Positions 25,411 to 38,240 of a stretch of 64,000 nucleotides of DNA are shown here, one piece after another. Source of the DNA: Malacoraja senta (taxonomy: Eukaryota); NCBI GenBank assembly GCA_038087875.1, contig CM075996.1:126001-190000 (forward strand), written 5' to 3'. Positions within the stretch are counted from its first letter, which is position 1, and every line of letters begins with the position of its first letter. The translations under genes and the position numbers were made by a program. Under the pieces are notes generated by a model. The model worked only from the letters and a program-made list of their open reading frames with translations. It was not told where the DNA came from and searched no databases.

Positions 25411-26584
25411 AAATCAGATGGGGCCTGAAGGAATACAAAGAAAGCAAGAAAGAACTGAAGCGGGCAATTAGAAAGGCCAAAATATGTCATGTAATGTCAT
25501 TGGTAAGTCAGGTGAATGAAAATCACATTTTTATGTCCATTAAAAACAAGAGGATAACCTAGGAGAAGCAAGGACCCCTCATGTATACAGAAGGGCATTT
25601 ATGCTTGGAGGCTGAAGATGTAGGCAAGCTGCTAAATGAGTACTTTGCTCCTGTATTCACCAAGGAAAAAGACATGGAGGACAGTGAGATCAGTGTGGGA
25701 ATACGGATAAGCTAGGGCAGGTTGAGATATGAAAGGGTTGGGTCTCTTGAAGAGGGTTAAAGAGAATAAATACCCTGGGGCCGATGGGATCTACCCCAGG
25801 TTAATGAGAGAGGTAAAAGCGAATGCGGGTCCTTGACGAAGGTCTTTGTGTCTTCTCTGGCCACAGGCAAGATCTTGGAGACATGGTGAGTAGCCAATGT
25901 CGTTCGTTGCCTTGTTTAAGAAGGAGATTCTTGTCCATAGAAATTCTTGTCCATGGAGATCTTGTCCATTGTTCTTGTCCACCTCCAGTTTAAATTCCAT
26001 TTGAATATTTTGGAGGACCAAGAAACCAAGAACCAAGAAAAACTTGTCCATGGCATATCATGTCTTTCGAGCTTAATTGAATTTTGAGAAGGTGACAAAA
26101 TTGATCGATTAGCGTGGGACAATGGTTGTTGTTAAACGCATTTGTTAAAGTTGCACATGGCTGGCTGATGCAGAAGATTAAGATGCATAGAATCCACGGT
26201 GACTTGGGTGTTTGGTTCAGAACTGGCTTACGTATAGAAGACAAAGAGGGTTGTGGTGAAAGTATGATTCTGGCTGGGAGGTCTGTAACCAGTGGAGTTC
26301 AGGCATTTGTGCTGGCACCTCTGTTGTTTGTGATATATATATATATATATATATATATACACGACTTGGACGTAGATGTGAATGGGTTTGTTAGTAAATG
26401 TGCAGATGATGCCAATATTGATGGGGTTTCAGATAGTAAGGAAAGCTGTCAAAGTGTACGGTGTGCTCTAGATCAGCTGCCGAAATGGGCGGGAAAATGA
26501 CCGATGGAGTTTATTGGAGCTATTGTGAGGTGCTGCATTTTGGTACATCAAATGTAAGGGGAAAGTATATAATAAGAACCTTAA

Positions 26585-26829
26585 AGGGCCTGTCCCACTT
26601 GGCGATTTTGCTGGCGTCATATCAGTGTCACCAAAAGATTGTGAACATTTCAAAATCCACCGGCGACAAAAAAATATTGCGACACTTGAAAAAACACCAC
26701 GCATCAATACGCATCACACCGTGTCACTGCCGCGCAATATGTCATCACGCCGTATATTTTTTGGTGACCTGATATGTCAGTCAATGATGCCGGCAGTTGC
26801 CGAAAAAATCGGCAAGTGGGACAGGCTCT
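26585..26829. mobile_element. PIF/Harbinger-type MITE (subfamily C)
   Basis: TIRs present; TSD TAA; splits CR1 sequence ccttaa|tagcatt. Confidence 0.9.
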
Positions 26830-27148
26830 TAATAGCATTGGTGTACAGAGGGATCTTGAGGTGCAAGTCCATAACTCCCTGAAAGTGGCAACATAAGTAG
26901 ACATGTAGAGTGGTAAAGAAGGCGTATGGTATCCTTGCATTCATTAGTTGGTGTATTAAATATAGGAGTCAAGAAATCATATTATGGCTTTATAGAACTT
27001 AGGTTCATCCACATTTGGTGTTTTGTGTGCAATTCTCTTCGCCTCATTACAGGAAGGATGAGAGGCTTTGGAGAGGGTGCAGAAAAGGTTTATCAGAATG
27101 TATCTGGATTAGAGGGCATTAGTTAGAAGCAGACCTTGGAAAAACTTG

Positions 27149-27572
27149 GTCGGTGAGACCAAGCGTAGGCTTGGCGATCGTTTCGCCGAACACCTCCGCT
27201 CGGTCCGCATTAACCAACCTGATCTACACTTCAACTCCCCCTCCCATTCCGAATCTGACCTCTCTGTCCTGGGCCTCCTCCATGGCCAGAGTGAGCACCA
27301 CCGGAAATTGGAGGAGCAGCACCTCATATTCCGCTTGGGCAGTCTGCACCCTAGCGGCATAAGCATTGAATTCTCCAATTTCTGGTAGCCCTTGCTGTCT
27401 CCTCCCCCTCTCAGCTCTCCCTCAGCCCTCTGGCTTCTCCTCTTCCTTTTTCCTTTCTTCTCCCACCCTACATCAGTCTGAAGAAGGGTTTTTGGCCTGA
27501 AACGTTGCCTATTTCCTTCGCTCCATAGATGCTGCTGCACCCGCTGAATATTTCCAGCACTTTGTCTACCTT
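27149..27572 (+). mobile_element. Penelope-like retroelement 3' end: GIY-YIG endonuclease C-terminus and terminal repeat
   Basis: GETKRRLGDRFAEHLRSVR...HFNSPSH...RKLEEQHLIFRLGSLHPSGISIEF, followed by ctgaagaaggg...gaaacgtt. Confidence 0.9.
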
Positions 27573-28670
27573 GGGAAAACGTAGATTGTTTTCTCAGAGC
27601 TTCAGAGACTGAGGGGAGACATGATAGGTATATATAATGAGGGACATAGATAGGGTAGATAGTCACCCAGGGTGGAAATGTCGCAAACTAGAGGGCATAG
27701 CTTTAAGGTGAGAGGGGAAAAGTTTGAAGCAGATGTGTGGAGCAAGTTTTTTTATGTAGAGAGTGATGGCTGCCTGGAACGGGCTGCCAAGATCAATAGA
27801 GAAAGCAGATATGATAGTGGCATTTAAGAAGCTTTTGGATAGGCACAGAGATATGCGGAGAATGGAGGGATATAGATCGTGTTTAGGCAGAGGAGATTAA
27901 TTTAATTTAGCATCATGTTGCTCAAGGGCAAAAGGGCCTGTTCCTGTGCTGTGATCTTTTATGTTCTATATAATAATATATAATAATCTGGAACTGCTGA
28001 AAAAGCAATGGGAGTAGATATGGCGAATATTTTTCAGACAATTGGATAAAGACCTGAAGGGAAAATTGTGCAGGGTGCTGCTAGAGAGATCAAGGCAGTG
28101 GAACTAATTCAAAAGTGCTAACACAAACATGATGGACCGAATGGCCTCCTTCTATGCTCCATCATTGTCTGATTCCGTGAAAGAGGATTGTAGAGTGAGC
28201 GCCCCCATTGTCAAAGAAGCACCAATATAATTATCTTCTTATAATTTATAGTTGTATATTGTCACTGTGATTGGCAAGATGGAGCTAAAATGATGAATGT
28301 TCAGTTGTCAAAGTAACATTCTGAAGTGACTTCTCTCCCACAGTTTGCAGTCTCACAGCTGCAGCCAAGCACAGAAATCAATATTTTTTTCTTTATATAA
28401 TTTACTTTTTTTTAAAGCTTATTAGGCATGCAGAGAGTGCTAATGTCCCATGAAAGAAAGGCAAAGAATGTTTCCTTTCATCGCAGAAATGAGTGGTTTG
28501 TGATGCAAAGTTGCAGATGTTCATCAGAGGAGCCATTATCCAAGACATTTCCTGTCACTGGCAGCCTTTAACCCTCTCTCAGCCACCCACCCTTCTCAAA
28601 GCACCCACGTTCCACCGCCCGTAACAAAAACCAAATGCCATGCCACCACCAAGAGCAGAATATCCTTTTC

Positions 28671-29108
28671 CGTGCGCGGACGGGGCGTCCAAGGACGAGA
28701 AGCCGGAGCGAAGAAGTGGAAACCCAGATGCCGATAGGAAATGACGGCGAAAAGCCAAATAACCGAATGGAAACTACGGCGAAAAGCCAAATAACCGAAC
28801 GTAAACGACGCAGAAAAGCCAAATAACCCAATGGCAACGACGCGGAAAAGCCAAATAACCGAACGGACGTGTCCGTTCGGTTATTTGGCTTTTCCGCGTC
28901 ATTGCCATTTGGTTATTTGGTTATTTGGCTTTTCCACGTCATTTCCATTCGGTATCTTGGCTTCCACTTCTTGTCCGTTCGGTTATTTGGCTTTTCCGCG
29001 TCGTTGCCATTTGGTTATTTGGCTTTTCCACGTCATTTCCATTCGGTATCTTGGCTTCCACTTCTTTTCGCTTCGGCTTTTCGTCCTTCGACGCCCCGTC
29101 TGGGTACC
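28671..29108. mobile_element. Foldback/MULE-like non-autonomous element
   Basis: The whole element is an imperfect palindrome built from AAAAGCCAAATAACC subrepeats; 9-bp TSD atccttttc/atccctttc. Confidence 0.75.
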
Positions 29109-30136
29109 ATCCCTTTCACTCATGGGATGTTGACCTCGCTGGCCAGAGCAGCAGTTATCATCCCAACCCTAATTTCCCCTTGAGCCATTGAGTCCATCGC
29201 AAGGATTGAGACAGAACAGCAGTGAGCAATTAATATATATCCAAACCATGGCTGACTTTTGACTCGGGGAACTTGTGTGCTTCTGTGCCCATGCACCTGA
29301 TGTCGTTGGTCCTCCAGGCAGATACTTATCAACGGGGACCTTGCACGGCGGACTTAGATGGGTATACAATTTTTTGGCGACCAAATCCAGTGTCCAGGTT
29401 AAAATTGCCCATCTTGCTTCATTCTTACAATGTAGAGGTTTAGTACAGCTGAGTTCTCCGCCAAGCTATTTTCGAGTCTGCCACATTTTTGTGAGTCTGG
29501 AGTGACATAGAGGCCAGACTGGGTACGAATAACATATTTCTTTCCCCGGAAGACATTAGTGCTTTAGTGTTTTTGCAATGATTTAAGGTGCTAGCTTTTG
29601 CCTTCCATATTTATTTAATTACCTCAATTTAAATATCACGACTGTTGTGGTGGGACTCAAACTGCAAATCTTCAGGTAATTAATGCGAGCCTCTGGATGC
29701 CAATCCCGTAATTTAACGACAATGCCACTGTGCCCAGTAAAGATGTGGAAGGTGAGGATTAAATCAATCCCAACCAGTAGGTCCAAAACTCAATTGTAGT
29801 AAAAAAAAATATCACCAAACTTAAAATGGTTAAATTATTTGAATTAGGAGGGAAAGAGTGGAAAATGAGTGGTTCTGGAACACATCATGCCAAGTCACAC
29901 TGGGCAAACAGGCATGAACATCTTGCAAAAATGCATTTAATGTGGTTACATCCATAGAAATGTTGCTGATCATTTGATTCAATATGGCTCAGTTTCAGAC
30001 AGTAGCCAGAGAGAGTGATGGAGTCACTGATGAGAGAATGGAGATTATGGATAGGGAGCAAAGACAATGGTATCAGTCTCTCTATATTTAGTTGCGTGAC
30101 ATTTAGCATTTGATGTCGAGCTGCCTGTTAAAGTAA

Positions 30137-30466
30137 AAGGCCTGTCCCACTGCACGAGGTAATTCAAGAGTTCTCTGATTCGAGCTTGTGTAATGTCCGT
30201 AGCGGGTACATAGGAGCTCGTGGATGTCACGTAGCGGCTCGTACGAGTAACGGTAGGTACTCGGGAAATCCGGTAAACTCGTGACGTTTTTTCAACACTG
30301 AAAAATGTCCACGAGTAAAAAAATACTCGCGATGAAAAAAATCGTTGCTTTTTACTCGTACGAGCCCCTACGAGACATCCACGAGCTCCTACGTACCCGC
30401 TACGTCCATTACACAAGCTCGAATCGGGAGAACTCTTGAATTACCTCGTACAGTGGGACAGGTCCT
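30137..30466. mobile_element. PIF/Harbinger-type MITE (subfamily B)
   Basis: Family TIRs with long subterminal inverted repeats. Confidence 0.88.
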
Positions 30467-30469
30467 TTA

Positions 30470-31310
30470 GGACTGGTCATCACAAAGAGGTAGGTTTTAA
30501 AGAGGACATACAAGAGGGAAGTGAGACCTTTAGATTTAGCGGGGGGGGGGGGATTCCAGGGGTTTGGGACCATCCATGGCTGATAACAGTGGAGCAACGG
30601 AGATCAGGGCCGGAACCAAGAGTAAAGAACATGGGGATCTTGGAGTAACAGAAGGGGTGTTGAAAGCAAGGATGTGAATTTTACAACAAATCCATTACTT
30701 ACCCAGGAATCACAATAAGTCAGTGACACATGGACAGTTGGATGTCTGGTGCAAGTTAGGAATTAGTAGCAGAGTTTTGCATCGAGCTTAAATTTGCAGA
30801 GATTAGAATGTGGCAAAAATAGATTTCGTGCATTGGAATAGTCATGTGTGTAGATAACAAAGGAACAAATGAAGGTTTCAACAGCAGGTGAGCTGACGCG
30901 GCGTTGGATTTGAGTGCTACTGAGCTTGAGACATTTGATCTGAGTGAGTAGATATGTAGACTGTAGTTATTCTTGGGATATATTGCACCGTCAATATGGG
31001 TAGGAAGGAACTGCAGATGCTGGTTTACACTGAAGATAGATACAAAATGCTGGAGTAACTCAGAGGGGACAGGCAGCATCTCTGGATAGAAGGAATGGGT
31101 GACGTTTCGGTTCGAGACCCTTCTTCAGACTTTGGAGTTTCAGCGAGTAGCCGGGAAGTGTGATGGAGACACTGATGAGGGGGGAATGGAGATTATGGAC
31201 AGGGGTCAAAGACCATGGTATCAGCCTCTCAATATTTAGTTTCATGACATTTATGCTCATCCAGTGCTGAATGTCTGACAGACTGTCTGACAAAGCAGCA
31301 CAACACTGTC
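30470..31310 (-). mobile_element. Old L2 LINE relic with a PLE insert at about 31000-31130
   Basis: LSDIQHWMSINVMKLNIE resembles the L2 RT thumb region. Confidence 0.55.
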
Positions 31311-31485
31311 TCCGCCTACATTCTTTCTTTGTCCTGCCCCCTTCCCCGACATCAGTCTGAAGAAGGGTCTCGACCCGAAATGTCGCCAATTCCTTCTCTC
31401 CATTGATGCTGCCTCTCCCGCTGAGTCTCTCCAGCATTTTGTGTGTCCACCTTCGATTTTACCAGCATCTGCAGTTCTTTCTTAG
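31310..31485 (+). mobile_element. PLE terminal repeat
   Basis: acatcagtctgaagaagggtctcgacccgaaa...agcatctgcagttct. Confidence 0.85.
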
Positions 31486-31673
31486 ACAACAACACTGGGG
31501 CATGCTGTTCTTTACTTCCTCTTGTCTATGTAGATATATCCTCTAACTTCAACTTCACAATATTTTATGGTGATTTTATGTAAACCCTTCCAGTGTAAGG
31601 TCTGTTAATCTACGACCATATAAAACTTTTGAGCATTATTTCACTAGAGAAATTCAAAAGCTCTTATTGATTT

Positions 31674-31881
31674 GCCTCAGAGGGCGGTGGAGGCCGGTTC
31701 TCTGGATACTTTCAAGAGAGAACGAGATAGGGCTCTTAAAGATAGCGGAGTCAGGGGATATGGGGAGAAGGCAGGAACGGGGTACTGATTGGGGATGATC
31801 AGCCATGATCACATTGAATGGCGGTGCTGGCTCGAAGGGCCGAATGGCCTACTCCTGCACCTATTGTCTATTGTCTATTGT
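31674..31881 (+). mobile_element. CR1 3' tail fragment
   Basis: Same 3' UTR as the other copies, with (TATTGTC)n. Confidence 0.9.
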
Positions 31882-32299
31882 TTATTTAATAACCCTTTCC
31901 CAGCTGAACCACAAAGCTTTTTTCCCCTCAGAATACGGTGCAGGTTGGGCTGAAACTCCAGAACAAGCCAGCATAATCTTAACACCACAACCACGTTATT
32001 CAAGAAACCCTCGTTCACACAAAGGGTGGTGCAAATTCAGAAATATCCCCCCTTCCCACACCCCACCCCATCCCACCAAAGAGCTTTGAGTCTGGAGGTT
32101 AGTAGAAATTGTCTAAACAAAGATCGTATATAGTTTCATTGAACATCGGGCTTACAAAACCAAGGTGAGGAGATCGAATCAAGATGCATTTCATGATCTC
32201 ATTGAATGGCAAAACATTTTGGAGAGGCTGACTGGTATTTTCTTATTCCCACATTCCACTGGGCTGCATGTTGGATGTAACAGACACCAAGAGTCGTAG

Positions 32300-32885
32300 C
32301 TTGTAGTTTAACCCGGGCAAGTGCGAGGTGTTGCACTTTGGGAGGTTGAATGTAAGAAGAGAGTATGGTTAATGGCAAGATCCTTAACAGCATTTATGTG
32401 CAGTGGGATCTTGGAGTCTAAATTTGTAGCTCACTAAAGATGGCAGCACAAGTAGGTAGGGGTGGTGAAGAAGGCATATGGTATGCTTGCCTTAATCGCT
32501 AGGGGCTTTGAATGGAAGAGTCAATAAGGTCATGTTTCAGCTCTATAGGACTTTGATTGGAGTACTGCATGCAGTTTTGGTCGCCTCAATACAGAAAAGA
32601 TGTGGAAGCTTTGAAGATACTGCAGAGGAGGTTTATCAGAATGCTGCCTGGATGATAGGGTTTCAGCTATAGGGAGAGGTTTATAAGGTTCATTTATTTG
32701 GATAGGGTTGGATAGACTTGAATTTGTTTTCTCTGGAAGATTGGTGGTTAAGGGGAGGCTTATAAAATTATGAGAGACATTCAGAACCTTTTTCCCAGGC
32801 TGGCAATATGCAACCCTACCTATAAGGTGAGAGGGGGAAAGTTTAATGGAGATGTGCGGGCAAGTTATTTACACAGAGGATGGTG
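32300..32885 (+). mobile_element. Old CR1 RT C-terminal fragment
   Basis: FNPGKCEVLHFG; LEYCMQFWSPQYRKDVEAL..LQRRFIRMLPG. Confidence 0.8.
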
Positions 32886-33025
32886 GAGAAACAATGTGGA
32901 GAACTCTGGAGCTGGTAAAATGACTCAGGAAGGGGGAGAGGAGGAGAGGATGAGATTAAGTTACTTAAAATTAGAGAATTCATTGTTCATACCGCTGGGT
33001 TGTAAGCTACAATAGTGAAATATGA

Positions 33026-33455
33026 GTAAGTAAGTAAGTTTATTGGCCAAGTAATCACATACAAGGAATTTGCCTTGGTGCTCCGCCCACAAGTAACAAC
33101 ATGACATACAGTGACAGTTACGAATGACTCAGAAAACACTAAACATTCATAATAATAAAACATTAATGATAAAACACCATTGATCAAGCATGTGAACCAA
33201 CAAAATACCAGATCAAAGGGAGGCTACAGATTTTTGGCTGTTGAGTAGAGCAACTACTCGTGGATAAAAACTGTTTTTATGTCTGGCTGTGGCAGCTTTG
33301 ACAATCCGGAGTCGCCTTCCAGAGGGAAGTGATTCAAAGAGTTTGTGGCCAGGGTGAGAGGGGTCAGAGATGATCTTGCCCGCTCGCTTCCTGGCCCTTG
33401 CAGTGTACAGTTCATCAATGGAGGGAAGGTTGCAGCCAATAACCTTCTCTGCTGA
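33026..33455 (-). mobile_element. Rex1/Babar 3' fragment inserted into a PLE copy (about 32930-33950)
   Basis: SAEKVIGCNLPSIDELY...; (TAAG)n tail; aaatatgag occurs on both flanks. Confidence 0.85.
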
Positions 33456-34665
33456 CCTCAAATATGAGGCAGCTCATATTTCCACCTCCATATTGTTTCT
33501 CTTGAGATCACTCCTTCCCTAGCCAACAATGGCCCTACCTGGCAACGCCATGCCTGAGGTCATTTGTGGCTGACCCAGATTGGTCCTGGTCTATTCTCGC
33601 CTCCAGCTTACTCCTCCCCTCCCCCCCCCCCCACTTTCAGTCTTAAGAAGGGTCCCAGCCCAAAACATCACCCATCCTTTTTCTCCAAGATGCTGCCTGA
33701 CCCGCTGAGTTGCTCTATCTTTGGTATAAACCAGCATCTGCAGTTCTTTGTTTCTATTGCTCGCCAGGCTTTGCCCCATCCTACCTCTCTTTTTGAGCTT
33801 CCCCCCCGCCACTCCATCAGACTAAAGACGGGTCCCAACCCAAAATGGCGTCTGTCCATTCCCTTCGCAGATGCTGCCTGACTGTATGGCCCCCTCCAGC
33901 ACTTTGTTTTTCCATGAAGAAGATTCCAGCATCTGCGGTTTCTTGTGTCGCCAACTGCTCAGACACAGGACTGTTTTCCAATCCAACCCTCAGCAGAGAA
34001 GATTATTGGATTTCCTATCCAATAAACTGGGCTATTAGCACCCATAAGGATTCCAGTATCCGAAAGGCTCGTCCTTTCTCTCCTGGTTCCTTACATGGAA
34101 TCATAACTTGATCCCACTGAGTTCTAATTCTATGCAAAACATTGGAAATCCAGCCATGATCCCAGTCCTGGCAACCTCCACATGCCCCTCTCTGGTTACA
34201 GTCTTAGTGGATTCGTTTGCTGTTACTGGATGTGCTCAGTATAGGCATCCATACCTCCCATAATGAATGGCCACTGTGAAAATATTAACAGCTGGCAGTT
34301 GCTTCAAAGGAATTGGGGATAATGCTTGAGGATCTGCTGGAATTTTAACTTTTTAAACTTGCTGTGAAAGTGCAAAGTAAACTGCTGTACGGTAGCAGAA
34401 GCGAAATCTTCATTGTTGGTGGGGTAATACAATCTGTCTGTTTACCAAGTGTGATTCAATCCCCCTGGCTACGTTCAGGTAGAGAGCACTGGTAGCAGTA
34501 TCGGATTCAAATTTTACATCCGCCTCTGTCGAACAGGTGAGACGGAGCAGGGCAGAGGAATCCTGCTGAGATATATGAAGTATCAAGCGCATAAGGGGCT
34601 AATAAACTTGGAAGAGAAAAGACAGAAGGATAAGGAGAGACAGGCAAAGACACACAAAGGGATAG

Positions 34666-35030
34666 ATACAATAGACAATAGGTGCAGGAGTAGGCCATTC
34701 GGCCCTTCGAGCCAGCACCGCCATTCAGTGTGATCATGGCTGATCATCCCCAATCAGTACCCCGTTCCTGCCTTCTCCCCATATCCCCTGACTCCACTAT
34801 CTTTAAGAGCCCTATTTAACTCTCTCTTGAAAGTATCCAGAGAACCGGCCTCCACCTCCCTCTGAGGCAGAGAATTCCACAGACTCACAGGCAAAGGGAG
34901 AAGCCTAGAAAATAAAAATGGAGAGTGGGAGATACAATAGACAATAGGTACAGGAGTAGGCCATTCGGCCCTTCGAGCCAGCACCGCCATTCAATGTGAT
35001 CATGGCTGATCATCCACAATCAGTACCCCG
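34666..35030 (-). mobile_element. Two tandem CR1 3' tail fragments
   Basis: caatagacaatagg tails near 34668 and 34935. Confidence 0.88.
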
Positions 35031-35077
35031 ATACAATGAGTACCTCGATACAATCAGTACCTCAGTACAACGAGTAC

Positions 35078-35372
35078 TGGTGGCAGAGCGGTAGAGTTGC
35101 TGCCTTACAGCCCCAGAGACCAGGGTTCGATCCTGACTACGGGTGCTGTCCATATGGTGTTTGTACGTTCTCCCCGTGACCGGGTTGGGTTTTCTCCGGG
35201 ATCTCCTGTTTCCCCCCCCCACATTTCAAAGACGTTTGAGGGCTTGTAGGTTAATTGGCTTGGTGAAATTGTCCCCAGTGACTAGGATAGTGCTCACATG
35301 TGGCGATCGCTGGTCAGCGCGGACCCGGTGCGCCTGTTACCGCGCTGTATCTGTAAGCTAAACTAAACTAAA
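35078..35372 (+). mobile_element. V-SINE (HE1-like)
   Basis: B box gggttcgatcc, V domain and (CTAAA)n tail. Confidence 0.88.
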
Positions 35373-36574
35373 ATACATTGGTAAAGATGGAAACTGCCGA
35401 GGGAGAGAGAAAGAAAAAGTGAAGCGAGGGAGAGAGGGCGTGGAAAAAGGAGAAGGTTGACGAAAAGAGATGAAGGATGGAGAAGGATAGTGAGATTGTG
35501 AGCTTGTAATAAACAAGGGAGGCAGTGAATACAAGAATGCAGAATGAACAAAAAGCGAGCAAGAATGTGAACACAAAATAAAGGGAGGGATTTAAAATTG
35601 TTGCCATATTGGACCCATTTTCCAGATGTAACAAAATATATTTTTTTAATCCCCTCAAAGGATGTTGGAGGCACTGACATGGTGAGCGTCCTTCATGAGT
35701 CACTGCAGTCAGGACAGTGAAAGCAGACACACAGTGCTGAGACCATTCTTCTGACTGAGAGTCAGGGGATAGGGAGATAGTGACTATCTCTGTGTCTTCC
35801 CTCTTCCCCCTGACTCTCAGTCTGAAGAAGGGTCTCAACCCGAAACATCACCCATTCCTCCTCTCCCGAGATGCTTGCCGCCTGAGTTACTCCAGCATTT
35901 TGTGTCTATCCCTGGTGTAAACCAACATCTGCAGTTCCTTCCTACACATACAGTGCCCCTATTAGGCAGGCTTTCGTAATACTTTAGGGGAACTGGGTGT
36001 CTTGCTGGGTGATTTCAGGAGGCAGGTTCAGTCCCTTTGCTGTTGATCCTGAGTCAGGCACGGGCTAGTCTGAGTAAAGACAGCAGGTTTCCTTCCCTGA
36101 GAGGCATTAGGGGGCCAGATATGATTTTACTTCAATCCAGGCATTTCATAAACAATTATTAATAATCTGGCTTCCAATATAATTAAATAAGCTCAAATTC
36201 CTCATCTGCCACGATGGCATTTGAACTTGAATCTGGACTGTTAAAGTCTTGCTTTCTGGTTTACTAGACCAGTAACATTAACAACTTTGTTACCAAGCCA
36301 GCGGTTATCAGGAAACCTTATATACTATTACTTTATTAACAGCTCCCTCATCTCTGACTTGCACTGTTCGTTCCGAACTGATTTTGCTACAACTGAAAAT
36401 ACTTGTAAAATAAAGACGCAAATAAGGGAGTAAAATTTAGGGACATTGTTCTGATATCGGGAGGACAGCTGTACTGCAAGCAGGTGTTGTTTCAGTCATT
36501 CTCTTATCCAGTCCCAGTAAATAACAATAGTCAGCACTGTAAATGTCACCTAAACTTCTAAAAACAGTGAGTAA

Positions 36575-36881
36575 AGGGCCTGTCCCACTGTACGAGCTAA
36601 TTCAAGAGTTCTCCCGAGTTTCCCCTGATTCGAACTCGGAGAATTACGGTAATGGCCGCTCGTAGGTACTTGGGGCTCTCGTGGACTTTTTTCAACATGT
36701 TGAAAAATCTTCACGAGCTTACCGCGTTTCCCGAGTACCTGCCGTTAGCGTTACGAGCCGCTAAGAGACGTCCCGAGCTCCGACGTACCCGCTACGTACA
36801 TTCTATGTGCTTACCACGAGTTTGATTTTTTTTTAAACTCGGGAGAGCTCTTGAATTACCTCGTACAGTGGGACAGGCCCT
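36575..36881. mobile_element. PIF/Harbinger-type MITE (subfamily B)
   Basis: TIRs present; TSD TAA; near-identical to 62275-62593. Confidence 0.92.
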
Positions 36882-37856
36882 TAAATCAGCCAGAATGAAA
36901 TTTAAAAATAGAGACAAAAAGTACTGGAGTGACTCAGCGGATCTGACAGCATCTCTGGAGAACATGGATAGGTGACGTTTCGGGTCGAGGCCCTTGGACA
37001 GTCTGAAGAAGGTCCCGAACGCGAAACGTCACCTATCTTCAGACTGAAGCAGGGCCCAACCCGAAACGTCACCAATTCATGTTCTCCAGAGATGCTGCCA
37101 GATCCCCTGAGTTACTCCAACACTTTATGTCTTTTTTTGGTAAACCAGCACTTGCAGTTCCTTGTGTCACCATCAGATTATGTTTATATATTTCTGTTAA
37201 ACCTTTACCACTGTTTCACATCAAGCACTAACAATTGGGCAGCGTTGTGGAGCAACAGGTAGTGCTGTTGGCTCACACTGACCCGGGATCGATCCTGATC
37301 TGGTGGTGAATCCGTGGAATTCATCGCCGCAGAAGGCTGTGGAGGCCGTCAATGGATATTTTTAGGGCAGAGATAGATAGATTCTTGATCAGTACGGGTG
37401 TCAGGGGTTATGTAGAGAAGGCAGGAGAATGTGGTTAAGAGGGAAAGATAGATCAGCCATGATTGAATGGCGGAGTAGACTTGATGGGCCGAATGGCCTA
37501 ATTCTGCTCCTATCACTTATTAAATTGTGACCTCTCGTTCTGTCTGTGTGGAGTTTGCATGTTCTTTCTGTGACCATGCAGGTTGTTGCCACCATCCCAA
37601 AAATATGTTGGTTGGCAGATGAATTGGCCGTGTAAATCATCATGTCGGGCAGCTCTATGATAGAGGAATCAGGGGATGTTATGGGGACAAGGGAGAATAG
37701 GTTAAAGAGAAACATGGGAAGATGGGATTGCTCTGAGATTTAGTATGAACTTGATGAGCTGAATGGCCTACTTCTGCATTGTAAAGAAATATGATAAATC
37801 GACACCAGCAACAAAAAACCTGCATTGTATTAAGGATAAGGGGTAAGCCATTTAGA

Positions 37857-38240
37857 GGCCGCTTCTAAGGCCGCCTGGGTCAAGATGAGATGGAGAGACC
37901 CGTGGAAATCAGCGGAACCATCTAGGCTACACCAGTACATCGATGACCCCATGGACGTCCCTGGCCAGGACCTGCCCCGAAAGCAGTGGACAACCCTCAA
38001 CCGCTTGACGACAGCCATCGGACGCTATGGAGTAGCGATGAAGAGGTGGGGCCTCGTGGACAGCGAGTGCCTCCTGCGAGTGTGGGGACCCAACACACAG
38101 ACAGTGGAGCACATAGTCACCAGTTGCCTCAAACACCGGCCACCGAATGGTGAACGAGGAATGATTGACCTGGACGATGACACGTTGGCCTGGCTCGCCT
38201 CAACGGAGCTGCAGGTCTAAACGACACACGATAGAAGAAG
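37857..38240 (+). mobile_element. Vingi/Ingi-like LINE 3' fragment
   Basis: DLPRKQWTTLNRLTTAIGR..MKRWG..SEC..QTVEHIVTSC; (AGA)n tail; 12-bp TSD aagccatttaga. Confidence 0.75.

Larger units (their letters stand above)
23185..27965 (+). mobile_element. Old, long CR1 ORF2 relic (endonuclease to 3' end) with several nested insertions
   Basis: ARSIVGKADELKAWI (about 23200), DVVAITET (23890), VVVGNFNF (24820), LNEYFAPVFTKE (25630), PGADGIYPRL (25775), SGV..LAPLLFVIY..DLD..VSKCADD (26290-26410), then the 3' end near 27900. Confidence 0.8.

Noticed and set aside
29990..31290. Gene-like duplicated segment (29990-30130 versus 31135-31290)
   Set aside because: Both copies are the same region of an old L2 ORF2.
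34447..34567. Minus-strand exon DSSALLRLTCSTEAD...GIESHL
   Set aside because: The sequence resembles a degraded Deu-SINE (ggcggatgtaaaa...agccaggggg...ccaccaac), so the open frame is probably chance.
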